NCBI GenBank assembly: GCA_010093815.1
Contig: ML996570.1
DNA from: Pseudovirgaria hyperparasitica
Lineage: Eukaryota
Reading direction: 5' to 3' (one strand)
Length of the DNA: 64,000 nucleotides
Part shown: positions 12,421-25,531 of the stretch, piece after piece
Layout of the letters: the number at the start of each line of letters is the position of its first letter
Position numbering within the stretch: position 1 is the first letter of the stretch
The notes under the pieces: generated by a model
The model's database searches: none
What the model saw: only the letters and a program-made list of their open reading frames with translations
Told to the model about the DNA's origin: nothing
Made by a program: the position numbers and the translations under genes

Positions 12421-12883
12421 CTCGATCGTGTAATGCTTGACACTGGTAATAACCAGATCCGATGATTTGAACGAGCTACAACTTACGTATAGGTTCATGC
12501 ACAGAAGCTAAGCGTGACAAGATATCAGCCAAGACATGTATATATAGTCACAGAAAAATCTGCGTTAATTCACTTTTGGCATCTAGCATCGTGGTTCAAC
12601 TTCTGCTCTGTCGCACCAGCATTATAATTCATTCGCTATAGCTTCATTCATAATACTGTGATAGCTCACTCAAACGACATGATCGAGTTCAACATGAATG
12701 AGATGCAAGCTCAGACGACTATCAAACGAACGCCAGAGTCAGGCACCCAAATTGTTACTTGAACCGCTCAAGCTAGGTATCTTCAAAATCCGTCCATGGC
12801 ACCGAGAGCATGCCCAATTGATACTTCAAAACGATCGACAAATAAAATCAGGGGTAACGCCAACCCGTTCAAAGCCTACCAGA

Positions 12884-15109
12884 TCATCCTTCTTTCCGAT
12901 TGGCCTTCTTCCACAGCTTTCCAGCCTGCTGAGCTTTCCGATCCGGTCGACGTGTATGTTCTTGCTCAAATGGGTCAGAGGTAGTATACTCAACAGTCTT
13001 GTTGATCAGTATATCCTTCAGACCCTTCAAGTTCCTGATAAGGCGATCGGCATTCCTCCGTGCTTGCCCAATGCGAGCGTCCGTAGTGACGGCTATGCCC
13101 GAGACGATGCGCTGCCGAAAGGCTGTTGTCTTCTTCATCACTTCAGTCCTGGCCCTTGCTGATGCGCTATCGAGCCACCCGTCCACAACTGCTTTATACT
13201 CATTTATGATTGTCGACGCAGATGTTGAATTGAGACCGAACGACTTAGCGCGCCTTGTAGCTTGCAGGAAAAGCCTGGAGCCAAACCATGGACGACGAAG
13301 GCTGATCTCCGTCGTCTGGTTGATGAGAGGTTTTGAAGTTGTCCAGACTGTCACGTTGACCGCATCTGCCTTGGCTAAGTCTTCCAAGACCAAAGTGTAA
13401 GGCCCTTCGTGCTTTCTCGGCACGTTCACTTTTACATTCCAGTGTCCATGAGAGACCTTAATATTGATGCTCGGACGTCGTCGCAATTCTGCCCAGCAGC
13501 CAGGGGTCGTGAAGACCAGTTGGCGGCGGTCGTGCAGCTTGACACTGACCGTCTCGTTACATCCTGCGGTGGCGGACGTCATATCACGTAGAGGCTTCCC
13601 CAATGACTTTGACGTTGGTGCTAGGCCTGTCACAGCGGCAGTTGTTGCCGAAGCTATTGCAGTCGGGGTGGTGACGGCGACAGATACGGGAGACTTTAGG
13701 TTTGAGCTTTGCTGATAGTGTTCAGTGGCATATGGAATGGGCGGTTGCAGCAGCATAAGTATGGGCGACACCACGACAAAGAGGGTCATAATGATTGTTC
13801 CCAATGCTTGGAGACGTTGAGAGACAGTAGATTGGGCCCAATGTTCCCTCGCTGTCTTTGGAAGCTTCTGTTTCCAGGCGCCAAACGATCCTAGCAAGGT
13901 CTTTTCGTAAGTCTTGGGCAGGGAGAAGAGGAACGCAAGATGTTTGTTAAGTATGAAGTTACTCATGCTCAGGAAGTAGTCGATGCTCACGGGGTATGGT
14001 TCACAGACTTGAGCGCTATCTCCATCTGGACCCATGCGACCTTCAAGGATAAAGCGAAAGTATTTCGGCACAGCGTGATGTCGGTCGAATCCATCCAGAG
14101 GCCCTGCCACAGTTGTGTGGAGACATGGAATGCCCTGCCTAGCCAAAGCCCGGTACGCGAAATCAACACGAGCTCGACTAGAGTAGATGGGATCGGGATC
14201 CCGAAGAAATTCCTCATTCGTATGACAGAATATCGCTAAGTCTGGAACAATCTCACTGGTAGAAGGATATCCAGTCGAGAGTATACCTGACTGTTCAACT
14301 CCTATCCTCAAAGCTCGCTTTGAATCGTCGATAACCAAATCGGTGTGACTCGCTTGTCCTTTGGCGACGTAATGTATGTCGGTGACTTCTTCGTCATGTA
14401 TGTCGAAGGCGAAGCCGTTGCTGATTGCGAGGGCCGCGCTGACCTTTTCGATGACAGGCTGCTTGAGGCTTGCATCTCCGATATACAAGAGCCGGTATGG
14501 GCGATGCAGGCGGATATGATCTTTCGCTAGGTGCTGACCGACGGATAGAGAGACGAAAGGAAAACCAACGCCCTTGAGCTGTTCTGGCATGCTCGTAGTA
14601 TCCAACTCTAAAAGTGTTTGGAGTAGATCAATATTTTCATGTCCGAGTTCAACCTTGGTCTCCGAGATAGACAAGGCCGGAATGCTAGGCTCCGATAACG
14701 CTCGAGTTGTTAGCACACTGTCTATTCCTTCTGACGCAACCATGGACTCGCATGGAGTACGATGTGCTAGCATAGTCCCATCGACAACTTCTTCCTCATG
14801 CACAGCGTCCTCGTCTTCTTCTTCATCCCCGGAGCTGATACTTCTAACTTCATCTGCCGCCTGGTCGTCAGCGGACGTCACGGACGTTGTTTGACCATCG
14901 TCAGAAGATGCCTGGGAGATCTCCGAAGAGGACATAAGATCGTAGCTACTGTCGTCGAGGGCGTTTGGCATCTCTACAGGATGACGCTTGGGGGTGGACC
15001 GTGCCATTGTAGCATGGGCGTTTGGGTCGTTGACAGTAATATAAGGTGTCTGGAGAGAAGGTTGACTTCCAGGTTCTGTGTGTTCCAAGTCGTTAGCGGG
15101 AGTTGCCAT
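12884..15109 (-). CDS. Hypothetical 741-aa protein with acidic N-terminus and one predicted TM helix
   Basis: Long uninterrupted ORF; acidic Ser/Asp/Glu N-terminal region, globular-looking middle (RLLYIGD), hydrophobic segment LGTIIMTLFVVVSPILMLL. Confidence 0.8.
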   Translation of the reverse strand: MATPANDLEHTEPGSQPSLQTPYITVNDPNAHATMARSTPKRHPVEMPNALDDSSYDLMSSSEISQASSDDGQTTSVTSADDQAADEVRSISSGDEEEDEDAVHEEEVVDGTMLAHRTPCESMVASEGIDSVLTTRALSEPSIPALSISETKVELGHENIDLLQTLLELDTTSMPEQLKGVGFPFVSLSVGQHLAKDHIRLHRPYRLLYIGDASLKQPVIEKVSAALAISNGFAFDIHDEEVTDIHYVAKGQASHTDLVIDDSKRALRIGVEQSGILSTGYPSTSEIVPDLAIFCHTNEEFLRDPDPIYSSRARVDFAYRALARQGIPCLHTTVAGPLDGFDRHHAVPKYFRFILEGRMGPDGDSAQVCEPYPVSIDYFLSMSNFILNKHLAFLFSLPKTYEKTLLGSFGAWKQKLPKTAREHWAQSTVSQRLQALGTIIMTLFVVVSPILMLLQPPIPYATEHYQQSSNLKSPVSVAVTTPTAIASATTAAVTGLAPTSKSLGKPLRDMTSATAGCNETVSVKLHDRRQLVFTTPGCWAELRRRPSINIKVSHGHWNVKVNVPRKHEGPYTLVLEDLAKADAVNVTVWTTSKPLINQTTEISLRRPWFGSRLFLQATRRAKSFGLNSTSASTIINEYKAVVDGWLDSASARARTEVMKKTTAFRQRIVSGIAVTTDARIGQARRNADRLIRNLKGLKDILINKTVEYTTSDPFEQEHTRRPDRKAQQAGKLWKKANRKEG

Positions 15110-16131
15110 GCTTGGATATGCACAACGTCCTCAATGGTCCAGGGAAAGACAAGGTCCAAAGCGCAGTGAGTATTATTTGTTGCTTGGAGGACGTGGCCAT
15201 CAAACGCATATATGGATGGAGCATACATACATAAGCTAGCGGCGTTGGGTGCCTAGTCGATCCTCGCCTCGTAGTCAGTCACACTCAGCGCGTGGTGTCA
15301 GGTAGGTTGTGTAGACTGACAGGACACCTTGAAGTCAAGTGTTGAAGTCTAGTGAATCGTTGTAGCTGCTCAGATCAATAGCTGAGCATCAGTTGCAAGA
15401 ACGTTGACCGGGCTGAAAGACGGTAATGTCGAGCTTGGCTGACTGCTAAGTACTGAGGTGTACAACTGACTGCAGGTCAGGAGGAAGGTGGGGTGGGTTG
15501 GCATGGACCATGCCGCCCACGATTGATGGGCGATTCGTAGCTTCCTGCCCCGCCTCGAGATAACGTTAGATGGACACTAATCTATGTTGGCGATAGTGAA
15601 TGAAATGTCGCGTCTGATCGAGATACGCAGAGCATGCCCATGATACGTGAAAGGTACTCTCTCACATATCTGCCCATTATCATATGCCTTAGTGAGATAT
15701 GATTGCATTTATCTCCCTGTCACAGTTATTGAAGCTGTCAATTTCGTACGCTCTCGTGGGTGTAGTGGATGGACATGTCAAGAAGGCAGATATGGCTTGT
15801 AGCATTGTACCAAGCCCTGCCCTCTAAGTCAAAACAGCGCAATATGCTGCAGCTAGGAAAACCTATGTACATGGATTGAATCCTGTCTCAATCATTTGTT
15901 GATGATTCCGCTAAATATAGCGCCCATCGAAGTGCATCGTCGTGATGTGTAAACCCCTGAACGCCGGTACAAAGGAAGCGTGCGAAGGTATACTCGCCGC
16001 CACCATGACGATGCGCCGTCATTCGCTTGATCCAGTTCTTGCAGCCGTATGAAAACAGATTGATCTAGAAAGTGTATGTGCACAAGAATGATGAAGAATC
16101 AAACAAGTAACAAATGTCGACGTCCTGGTCA

Positions 16132-17856
16132 TCAAGGTGAGTCGAAACCACCAGCTACGTCGACCCATTCGTTGAAACAACTGCCCTCTTTGCCTTCGAC
16201 GTCTACAATATCGGTATCGCATTTACATCGGCAGCCCACTCCATTCTCTTTGGGCGGATCCCATGTTGCCCAGTAATCATCCTCCTCTTTCCGCTTCTTC
16301 TCATCTAATGTCGTCTTCTCCAGGTACGGCTCTCGCTCAAGCTGACGTGCAGGTGCATTCGCTGGACAGTGTTGAATCGTGGTATGTCGATAGCCAAAGT
16401 CTCGAAAGTAGTGTATGTCTCGAGGGCTCAGCAGTGCCCCTGCGGCCAGGGAGTGAATAGGTGCGTCCCCCCACTGGATCACAGTTAGTCTATGATCAGT
16501 GGAACCAACGTAGTACAGTACATACCCGTTCCATCCAGAACCCTCCACTTCGATCCATCATTTCGAAAAAGTCGTTATACTCCTTACTACGAAACCAGTC
16601 CAGGCGTGCAATCTCAAAATTGCTCCAGAAATGGCACATGTTGTATCTCTCACCCTCCATGGCTTCAAGATCGATATCTGCCATATGGCCGCTATTAGGG
16701 TCTGTATTGAGAATCTCTTCGGGTAGAGGTTTTTTCCCGTCGCTTGGCGGCTCTTCTGGAGTCTCTGGCTTCTCAACAAACATTTCCCAAAGGCCTTGCG
16801 ACTTCAATTTATTCAATCGTTTATACGCAGAGGCATATCTGAAAATGTTTGGCACGGTCTCTTTCAATTCTTTGACGGCAATCGTGAACCCATAGGTCTT
16901 ATTCTCCCGGATCATGTGCATGAAAGGATCACTGCATGCATATGAGTATGTGCTAAGATGAGAGTTGAGTTCAGTAGAGGTACTCACTATGTGATGTCAC
17001 AGAAGTATTTGATCTCGGGCTCCAATCGCCAATACCATTCGTACTTTTGCAGTAGCTCATGGTTGTAGAAGTACCTTGCTATCCGTTAGCCGCTCATACA
17101 GAGTGAACAATTGGCATCAGTATCTCACCCAGAATAATAGCGACACATGTGGTGATAGCTTTCCATGCCTCCGTACATGATCGCAGCGTCACCTTGCTTC
17201 GCAATACCTTCTTTTGCGACCTTCTCGTCCGCCCAGTCAGGGAAGCCCCATGCCGACTGTTCAATCTTACCCCATTCCACAGTCCCACTCGTGTAGTTCT
17301 CAACTGTTGCCTTGAATGTTTCGTTGAATTCGCCGTCGTTGAGGAAGACGTAAGGGTAGTGAAACCAGCGATTGAAGTGCCGCTCAATTGATTTTACGGA
17401 CTGCAGGACTCCATCTAACTCCTTGTTTCTTGCAAGAACGACAAAGGCGGCGTTTGCGCGGGGGGCCGATGTGTCTGGTTCTAAACAGCCTGTGACGAAG
17501 ACTTTATCATGCTTATCACTAATTCGCCTGCAATTAAGCCTGTCAGTCGTCTGCGGTAATATGGGACGTACAGCACGTGCATACCGTATGGTAGGGGGCG
17601 CTCCCGCAGGTACAAGCATGCGACCAGGAGATGAAGGATGTCGAACGAAGAGTACGATTATTAGGATTATGACGATGCAGGGAAATATGAGAACAATTCC
17701 AAGTGGGATCGATACTGAAGAATCTCCTTTTAGCCGAACACGACGTTGGAAAAAGCCGAGGCGTGGAATGGGCTTGTCTGCCTGTCGTGGAACGTTCTTA
17801 AAGGATGGTAGGGCACCATTGGGTATGCTCCGTGTGATGTTTCGCATAAAACTCAT
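16132..17856 (-). CDS. KTR5: GT15 alpha-1,2-mannosyltransferase (Kre2/Mnt1 family, Ktr5-like); 5 exons
   Basis: ANAAFVVLARN, FHYPYVFLND, ESYHHMCRYYSG, YNMCHFWSNFEI, GGFWMERWGDAPIHS motifs. Introns 17528-17584, 17075-17128, 16932-16987 and 16474-16525. N-terminal type II TM helix. Confidence 0.92.
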
Positions 17857-18579
17857 ATTGGCGGTATGGTGGAAACCAAGAATGAGAATGATTCAAGGCA
17901 CCGAGTCTCGTCAAGACTTCGCTAGCCTTTGGGGCCTGCTTTGTCGTCACTCTTGGGAGACGTTGTAGACCCGTATGCGTAAGCCCAGATAAAAGATGTG
18001 CTTGATATCGAAGGGATGATAGCCAGTCATCTAATGTCGAGAAAGAAGCAGACGTAGCGAGCGACACTGGGAAATGTCCAGCGAGATTACCAAAAGCGAA
18101 GTCCTAGTTCGATGCCGACAATCTTCGCCCAGGGGTCGTCAGTCACGAAAAGATAACTGGCGTAGCCACGCTGAGTCCGGTCCCGGAGCGCTTCAATGAA
18201 AGCTCCTCTTTGTCTTGGATTTTCCGATGTAATAGTACGGTGTAATATCATGACCAGCTCCGATTATGGAAGACCCAGTTGTCCAAAGTACTGCTTGGTG
18301 TGCGGCAAGTTGGTGGAGTTTGTATTCTAATTACTTGTAACATTTTCCAGGCCCATATGATTCCGCCAGCTCCTTAAAAAGCTCGGACCACTGATAACGA
18401 TTACAGTACTTGGACGGTGCTTCTGCAACCAAACGCGCCACTTGGACGACCAACCCCAACAGACATCGCATGATTCACAACCATTGAACACCTCCTGCAG
18501 ACTGCTACAAGACTGAGGAAGACTACTCATACCAAACATCTCGTGCTCTTTAGGTTCGTGGCTCAGGCAACCACACAAG

Positions 18580-19147
18580 ATGAGTATAAAATCGAAAAAT
18601 CTTGAATATGGTGAGCTCCCAAGTAGGCAGTTAGGCGCCGGCTCATATATGGGACATAGATTCCAACGAGCCCACGTTCTTGCGTCGTATGAGAGGCGAG
18701 ATTGGCGGACGAGTAGAGCCTGAGGGGGAACACTCAGCGGCTCGATTGAGCCGTCGCGGGAAGACCGAGAAAATTGATGATGATGCCCCAGCCTATGTCA
18801 TGGATGGGAGTAACGACACGCTTACGAAGGAGGAGTATGAAGCGCTTGTCTCTGAGAAAGACGCATCATCAACAGACCACAACAGTCTTGCCATACACAA
18901 GGGTTCACAGGGTGCAACTGGAGCTGGTGAACAGATACAGGGACCATTATCTGAAGATGCTGAGCTGTATGTAGCAGAAGCTGGTCGCCACTCTAAAAAG
19001 CGCAAGATCGGAAAGGTCATCAAGGATGCAGACGAGATTGACCCCACCTCAGAAGTCACCAAGACTGTCGCTCCTACAACCAAGAAAATTACAAGCAAAA
19101 CAAAGAAGGCCAAAAAGGCTATCAAATTATCATTCGACGTCGATTGA
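18580..19147 (+). CDS. Small conserved protein, DUF4604-like; 2 exons
   Basis: ATG 18580 and intron 18611-18659 give MSIKSKNLEYDSNEPTFLRRMRGE...DDAPAYV...KKAKKAIKLSFDVD, the EPxFLRR / LSF-D terminal pattern of this family. Confidence 0.75.
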
Positions 19148-19284
19148 GCCAATTTACGCGTTACATTCGTCAGTGGTCTTGATTTGTGCGCCATTGCTAG
19201 GCGGAATCCACCTCTTATCTTGAGATCCAAAGCCACGCAACATCGATGCTCGGCTATGCAAAAGCTGTCAAATGTATGACTCTT

Positions 19285-21147
19285 TCAAGTACGCCAAGAG
19301 TGAGCGTCGGAGTGATGTTCTTTGAAGAACCATGGAGACTTTCCCTCATATGTCTCCCCCGGGTGTTCAAAAGGTAATCTAAACACGGTCTCGAAGACTT
19401 TCGATGACACAGTCGCATCTGCCTCTTTATCAATGCTCTCTAGAGCTGACTCGGACATCGGAACCACCACGCCGCATTCCCAGTTGCGGCAATTCAGCTT
19501 CGGAATCTTCGTTGCGCGATCTCTAACAAGCTTGCCCCAGGCAGATTCGGAAAAGTTGGCGCTCCCGAGATAGGCCCATGCAATAGCCTTGCCCTCTCTC
19601 TCTCCACGTGCGAGAATCAGCTATTGATCCTGTCAGTCTTACCTCTATATTCAAATTTTGACCCGATGGACGGACCTTGTTATGGCTGAGAAGCCCGTTT
19701 CGAATGGACTTGTATTCACGCATGCACGCTTTCGGGAATTTTCCTGAATTCCAGTATTGCTTCTGCAACGTTATAATCCCGGCACTCTGTTTTCAGATCA
19801 ATCGGAGTCCATCAATATAATATAGACGCTCCCAGTCCAACTTACTTCGGGTCCATCTTTAATACTCTTCACGGTGCCCTCACTCGGGAAAAGAATCCGG
19901 ATCTTCGAGCGCAAGTGTTCGCTGGAGATGCTACTAGAGCTCTTGCTAGTGATGTCTTGTCCCATCGCAGATCGATAGAGACATTCCAGGATCTGGTCGT
20001 CCAAGGAACCAAGTGAGGCGCTGGCGTAATCGAGCGTGAGCTTTTCGCTGGACTGGAGGCTTAGTCTCTTGATGGAGTGCGACAGTCCTGGTAACCCCGT
20101 CCTGTGAACAGTCTCATCTGTATGAGAACCAGCACTTTAGTTTATTAGCGCGTGCAGGCCAAGGGCAGAAGTGCTTCCTTACACTGTGTGTGTAAATCCA
20201 AATTTCTTTGTTTCAGTAAAATCAAATTTCAAGAGCTTCTGACAGATGTCATTGTCTATGCCTAGCCTTCTCAAAAAGTAAAGAAACTCTTGCCCGAAGG
20301 GTGGAAGAGCTTCCTCATTGGTTTGTTGGCTTTGAAGGCGAGGAAGATCGATCATGAACACCAAATTTTCCATTGCCCCAGTTTCGCCCCAGTCGTATTT
20401 CATCAGGTTGGCAGTCGGAATGACAATCCGAACGTGCGTGCCGTGGAATAAAATAATGAACTTGCAATGCATAGAACTGATCTGGCCAGACATGTCGGGG
20501 AAGCACAGTCGGATATACTGAAAATTCTTCTTCGCATCTGACCTCCACTGTTCCTGGTCTTTTTTGTCTTTGAGTCCCATAGTGATTGTAATAAGCGATC
20601 TGATCGGTGCGAACTTCAATAGTAACCACTGTAGATCGATTTGAAAAGCACTTAACACAACGTCTTCGATTCTATTCTTCTGTATCACTTCTTCGATCTT
20701 GACATCATCAGACCGGTCGTAGCCAAATGCCCAAGTACGCTTGATGACACCCTTGGGAAAGGATCCGGGAGCGAAGGAAGTCATGGAGTTTTGTGGAGTG
20801 GCAGGTGAAGCTGGAGGCCGCCCTGAAGCAGGGTTGTCATCTCTAGTGTCGCTGAGGTCGACTATGACAGCTTTCCGCCGTTTAGAACCCTTACTATCTG
20901 TTGAGATAATTTCGATGTCTGGCTCGAGGTTTCGCTTCTTAACTGACCGAGCATTTCGTTCCGCAGCCAATTCCTTTAGATTCAGCCCGGCACCAGTAGG
21001 TTGGTTCTGTCTCCATGACTGATCCTTTGAGACATCCTCGACAGTGTTTCTTCGCTTCTCACCTGCATCTGGAGATTGAATATCTGCTTGTAAAGAAAGA
21101 GCGATAGCCCTTTCAATTTGAGCTTCCTCATCTTCTGAGGATGACAT
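19285..21147 (-). CDS. Tyrosyl-DNA phosphodiesterase 1-like phospholipase-D nuclease with N-terminal ubiquitin-interacting motif; 4 exons
   Basis: UIM-like EEAQIERAIALSLQ; two HxK motifs (SMHCKFIILF...PTANL; LSHNKLIL); WAYLGSANFSESAWG and RNWECGVVVP. Introns 20135-20182, 19787-19845 and 19621-19675. Confidence 0.88.
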
Positions 21148-21507
21148 GATGAGATTTCGTTCAAGCGTATCTACGTACGAGCGTTGTGATAAGCATGATC
21201 TGACGAATCTAACCGGCAAGGTCGAGATCAGGCAAGTAGTGATCGATCTCATAAACACTAATATGCTATCCAAAATTCATTTTAGTGACGATATGACCTC
21301 ATTGTAGCCATGACGCGCGGTTTCAGCTCCAGGTCCTAGGTTGGAGCTAGCTCCGCGCCAAGAGACGCGCGTGCACGTGAAGAGAACTGTGGCGTCATGC
21401 TAGATCTAGCTCCAGCTCTCTAGGTATGAATTAGATTAATTTCAGTCGCGGAGCTTGCGTCATGCTATTTTAAAAGTGCAACTGCACGTAGTTACGATGT
21501 TGCAACT

Positions 21508-23940
21508 ATGGCGGACCATAACCCTCGCACGCTCGTCTTACTGATACTTCTCATTATCTACTTCACTAGCACTCCGGAGACTCAGCATACGACCGCATTG
21601 TTCCGCTTGAACAGTACTGAAATAGTCGCGAAAGAGTACTCAGAGCTCTCGGTCCTAAATTCCACACATCACGGCGATTTTGATCCTGTACAAGAAAAAT
21701 GGCTTGGCATGCCTGGGCTGCGTAAAGAGGATGGATTTGAGTGGAGCCTGTTCAGAGGTGTGAGAGAAAAAGCATACCAGCAAGCTACCTATATCTTGGG
21801 AGATAGAGTCAGAGGTGCTCTCGGAAATGGCTTGCTAGCGGAGCAGCGCCCCATACTGTACAAGAATACAACAGGGTCTATCTATGGAGATTGGAAGCGT
21901 TCCGACATAGGAAAAGAAATTGAGCACAAACCTGTGAATCTGTCTGCGACAGCTCCGGACTACTACTGGGTGAATGGATATGACCGTAATATGAGTTCAT
22001 CATATGGTGGTACCATTGAAATCGAGTTCACTGAGCTTGATACTGACAGAACGGCCCGGAATGGCTCAGTAAGAGAGATATCTGCTCAAATCGAAGTTGA
22101 AGATGTCAGCGGTCTGAATGCTCAATGGACAGCTATATTACACGGAATTCACTATGTCAATTCAGGTCATGTCTTGCTTACAACTACCAGTGAAAAGTAC
22201 TCAATAAACCCTTGTGCCATTATGCATAGCTGACTTTAGAGCAGATTTGCAGGCATCTTTGCTTTACCACATATGGCTTTGACGAACAACATGTTTGCGA
22301 TGGCCCAAGATCTGCTCAATGATACCATTCATCGAGAGATTCAGAAGCATTCTGGGTCTCTGAAACATCGTGCTTTCATTGACCCCAATCCATGGTCTTC
22401 AGTACCTGGAAAGGTCGACGAGGAAGGCCTGTCTAGTCCTCACTGCGAGTACGTTCTATATCTTCAACAACACCTAGTGGAGGATCAAGATGTCGAAATA
22501 GACTATCTCGACTTTGTAGAGACTGAATTGCGTTATCCAACCGGAGCTCAGCTCAAGCAAACACCGAAGCTAGTGTATTCTATGGTAGCCTTTTCGCCAG
22601 ATTGTGGCTTCGTCATCGAGTCGAAGGGAGCCCCAGATACATTCACCGCCTCGAGTAATCACCTACAAGGCTATAAAAAGGAGGCGCGAATATTGGCATT
22701 CCGACACGTCGTTGAATTCCTGGCATGCATTTTCGTCGCTCAAGTCTTCTTCCTTCTGAGACAAATGAAGGACACATCTACGCCTTCAACGCGCCATCGT
22801 GTCAGCTACTATAGCATTTGGATAATTGCCATGGGTGACGCCTTCTGGTCCATGTGCCTTCTACTATTCGGACTCGTACATGGCTCGTTGTTCTACACGA
22901 CGTTTGCGACCTTTTTCCTCGGCTTTGCATCGGTCTTACATCTTAGCGTTCGATTCATACTAGACATCTGGAGTGTCCAGTATACGGAACGTCTGAGGCA
23001 AGAGAGACAAGAAAGAAACAGCAGGCCGGTGACTGCCGACATTCCCAGTCAAGACATGCAGAACGCAGAGGGACTACCTTTACCAGGTACTACAGTGCAA
23101 GACACAGGCGCAACACCTATTGTTCTTCCTTCTGACCAAGATGTTACTGCGGAGGCGCAAGTTCCGAGCAATCCCACGACGGCAGAAAGCGCAGATGCAA
23201 ATCGCCAGTTTATGTACATGCAATTCGTTCTTTCGATGCTTGTCTTGTTCATTCTTACTGCATTTGCACTCAGCTGGCCATCAATCTTCCGCAACGCATT
23301 TTTGAATATTCTCAACTTTGCATACTTATCCTTTTGGTGCCCCCAGATCCATCGAAACGTCGTCCGCAATTGCCGGAAGGCTTTGAGATGGGACTTCATC
23401 ATTAGCCAGAGCGCCCTGCGTCTGATACCTATCAGTTATTTCTATGTTGTGAAAGACAATGTACTATTTTCGACAAAAGATATACATATGATGTATGTAT
23501 ATCTTCTTTGGGTTTGGCTGCAGATCTTTGCGCTTCTGAGCCAAGAGCACTTGGGTCCTCGATTCTTTGTACCCAGCAGCTGGGTCCCGCCAGCCTACGA
23601 CTATCATCCAATTCTCCGTGAGGATGAAGAAAGCATGAACCTTCCTATAGGCTCTGACCAGGTTGCAGACGCGGATGTTTCCTCGCTACCGGCAAAAACG
23701 GGCGGCGAATCAAAAGAAAAAGGTAAACGTGTATACGATTGCACTATATGTGCGCAGGATGTTGAGGTCACTATCATACCAACTGGAGTCTCTCAAGACT
23801 CACTCACCACGAATTTGCTTACTCGCCGAACGTACATGGTCACGCCTTGTCGACACATCTTTCATAAGCCTTGTCTCGAAGGCTGGATGCGCTTCAGGTT
23901 ACAGTGTCCAAATTGCCGGGAGGCTCTCCCTCCACTTTAA
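21508..23940 (+). CDS. TUL1: Golgi transmembrane RING-H2 E3 ubiquitin ligase, Tul1/Dsc1 family; 2 exons, ~794 aa
   Basis: Intron 22197-22244 restores LTTTSEKFAGIFALPH. FSPDCGFVIES motif, multiple TM helices, SFWCPQIHRNVVRN, C-terminal CTIC...YMVTPCRHIFHKPCLEGWMRFRLQCPNCREALPPL. Confidence 0.93.
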
Positions 23941-24699
23941 AGTCTGCATGTAAATAGTTAATACCGCATACATATGGCCCTAAGTCCAATCTGCAAATAT
24001 GGTAGTGCATAGTATTGCACGGGTCATGCTTACCTGCTTCTGGATTCTTTTTACTTGAAGTATCCGGTTCGCTATGTATTAGATGATTCTGGACTTGATC
24101 CCGTACAGGTTCACAAATGCTGTAGATTACTGCTATGGAGCGTGGAACTAATTGTAACTACAGTAAATACATGTAAGCTTCCCTGTAAGGAACATCCGAA
24201 AGTAAAGGCGAAGCACGCTCCGGTCCTACGTACCAGCATGCTCTGCATGCTGAGAACAAGAAGCAATCCGTGGATTCGAAGATTTGTTGTGGATATGACG
24301 CACGCCGCCTCGGTTTGAGTCATAATTTTTGTTATACACAAAGTTAACGAAGTCTTTTTTTTAAGTATTATTCCTTAAAATTAATACTTAAACATTTCTT
24401 GTACAAACTGATATTGATTGTTGTGCTTCACGAGTCTTTCCTCATGGCTTGGGACTTCGCCTTGGTAGCCCTGCAAGTATACTACTAGGTACCAATGTTA
24501 TAGATTCACGTAGCTCAAATGCGGCGATGTTGTTGGTAGTACTGAAGTGGACGTTGCAATATTCCAGCTCTGTGTTTACGTGGTTTTAGTACGATGAAAG
24601 CGATGCAGCTAAAACGTAAGGGTCCGCTTACCGCTATACTTAGTTCAGCTCTGATACTACCGCGGACGGTATGTGTCAGCAGGCCACACTTTTTTTTGC

Positions 24700-25316
24700 T
24701 AAGGGCACACACCTTAAAAGCATACTTATATATATTAAACCTACTCTCCCCCTCTCTAAATATCCCTCTCTTTATATATAATACGTGCCTATCTATATAT
24801 ATTTTCTCTCTTTATATAATAGTATAATAGATAGTCTATCTCTAGATAGAGATTATCTTAAAATATACCTCTAGTTATATCTAGAATAATCTCCTAGCCT
24901 AGATTAAGCGTATATATAGTATTATAGTATTCTATTATATACTTAAGCGCTATTTCTCTATATAGAAGATTTAAAAGGACTCTTCTTTACTTCTCTCTTC
25001 TATATAAGAGAGTCTATAGAATAGAATCTATACTCTTACCTTTAAACTAGCTCTTCTAGATACTAAGATTATTTAGATTCTCTAAGAAGAAGGGTTTAAG
25101 ATCTTATAGAGTTCTCTATATTACTATTATATAGATATAGATATTATATAAAAGGTATAAGATATTAATATATAATAGACTAAAAGTAAGAAGGTAATAT
25201 AGCTTATATAGAAAGGCTTAGAGTTAGAAGTAATTAATAGATTTAGTTAAGGCCTACTCTATATATATTTTCTAGAAGCTAGAGTCTAGATTATATAGTA
25301 TCTATACTCTTCTATC
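24700..25316. repeat. Unidentified RIP-degraded host sequence into which element A inserted (continues at 61264-61559)
   Basis: RIP composition; joined to 61264-61559 by the CTATC TSD of element A; no motif recognised. Confidence 0.5.
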
Positions 25317-25531
25317 TATTAAGGGTAGACTCTAGGTATACTTAACGCTAGCGTACTACGCCTACGCTACTACTCTCTCCTTACTTAATGGAGCTAAGTA
25401 AGCCCCTTTTTAATAGTATACTCCGTCCCTTATCTTAAGGAAGCTAAGTAGACTCTAGCTTCCTCTCTTATTAAACTTACTATATTCTATAAATACTCTT
25501 ACATCTATATATATATTATATTCCTATAATA
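25317..25531 (+). repeat. 5' LTR of element A
   Basis: Colinear with 61044-61258; TA...TA ends (RIP of TG...CA). Confidence 0.93.

Noticed and set aside
10587..12433. Long overlapping ORFs (224, 308, 186 and 133 aa) on the cyclophilin locus
   Set aside because: Shadow frames of a GC-rich, codon-biased real gene; low-complexity translations.
12421..12498. N-terminal extensions in the ORF track (cyclophilin to 12498; Tdp1-like to 21273)
   Set aside because: The family N-terminus (MGKGTDK) and the UIM-bearing MSSSEDEE start better fit ATGs at 12420 and 21147.
21311..21380. MCB-like CGCG elements in the Tdp1-like/TUL1 divergent promoter
   Set aside because: ACGCGCG variants, not exact ACGCGT; too short to support without conservation data.
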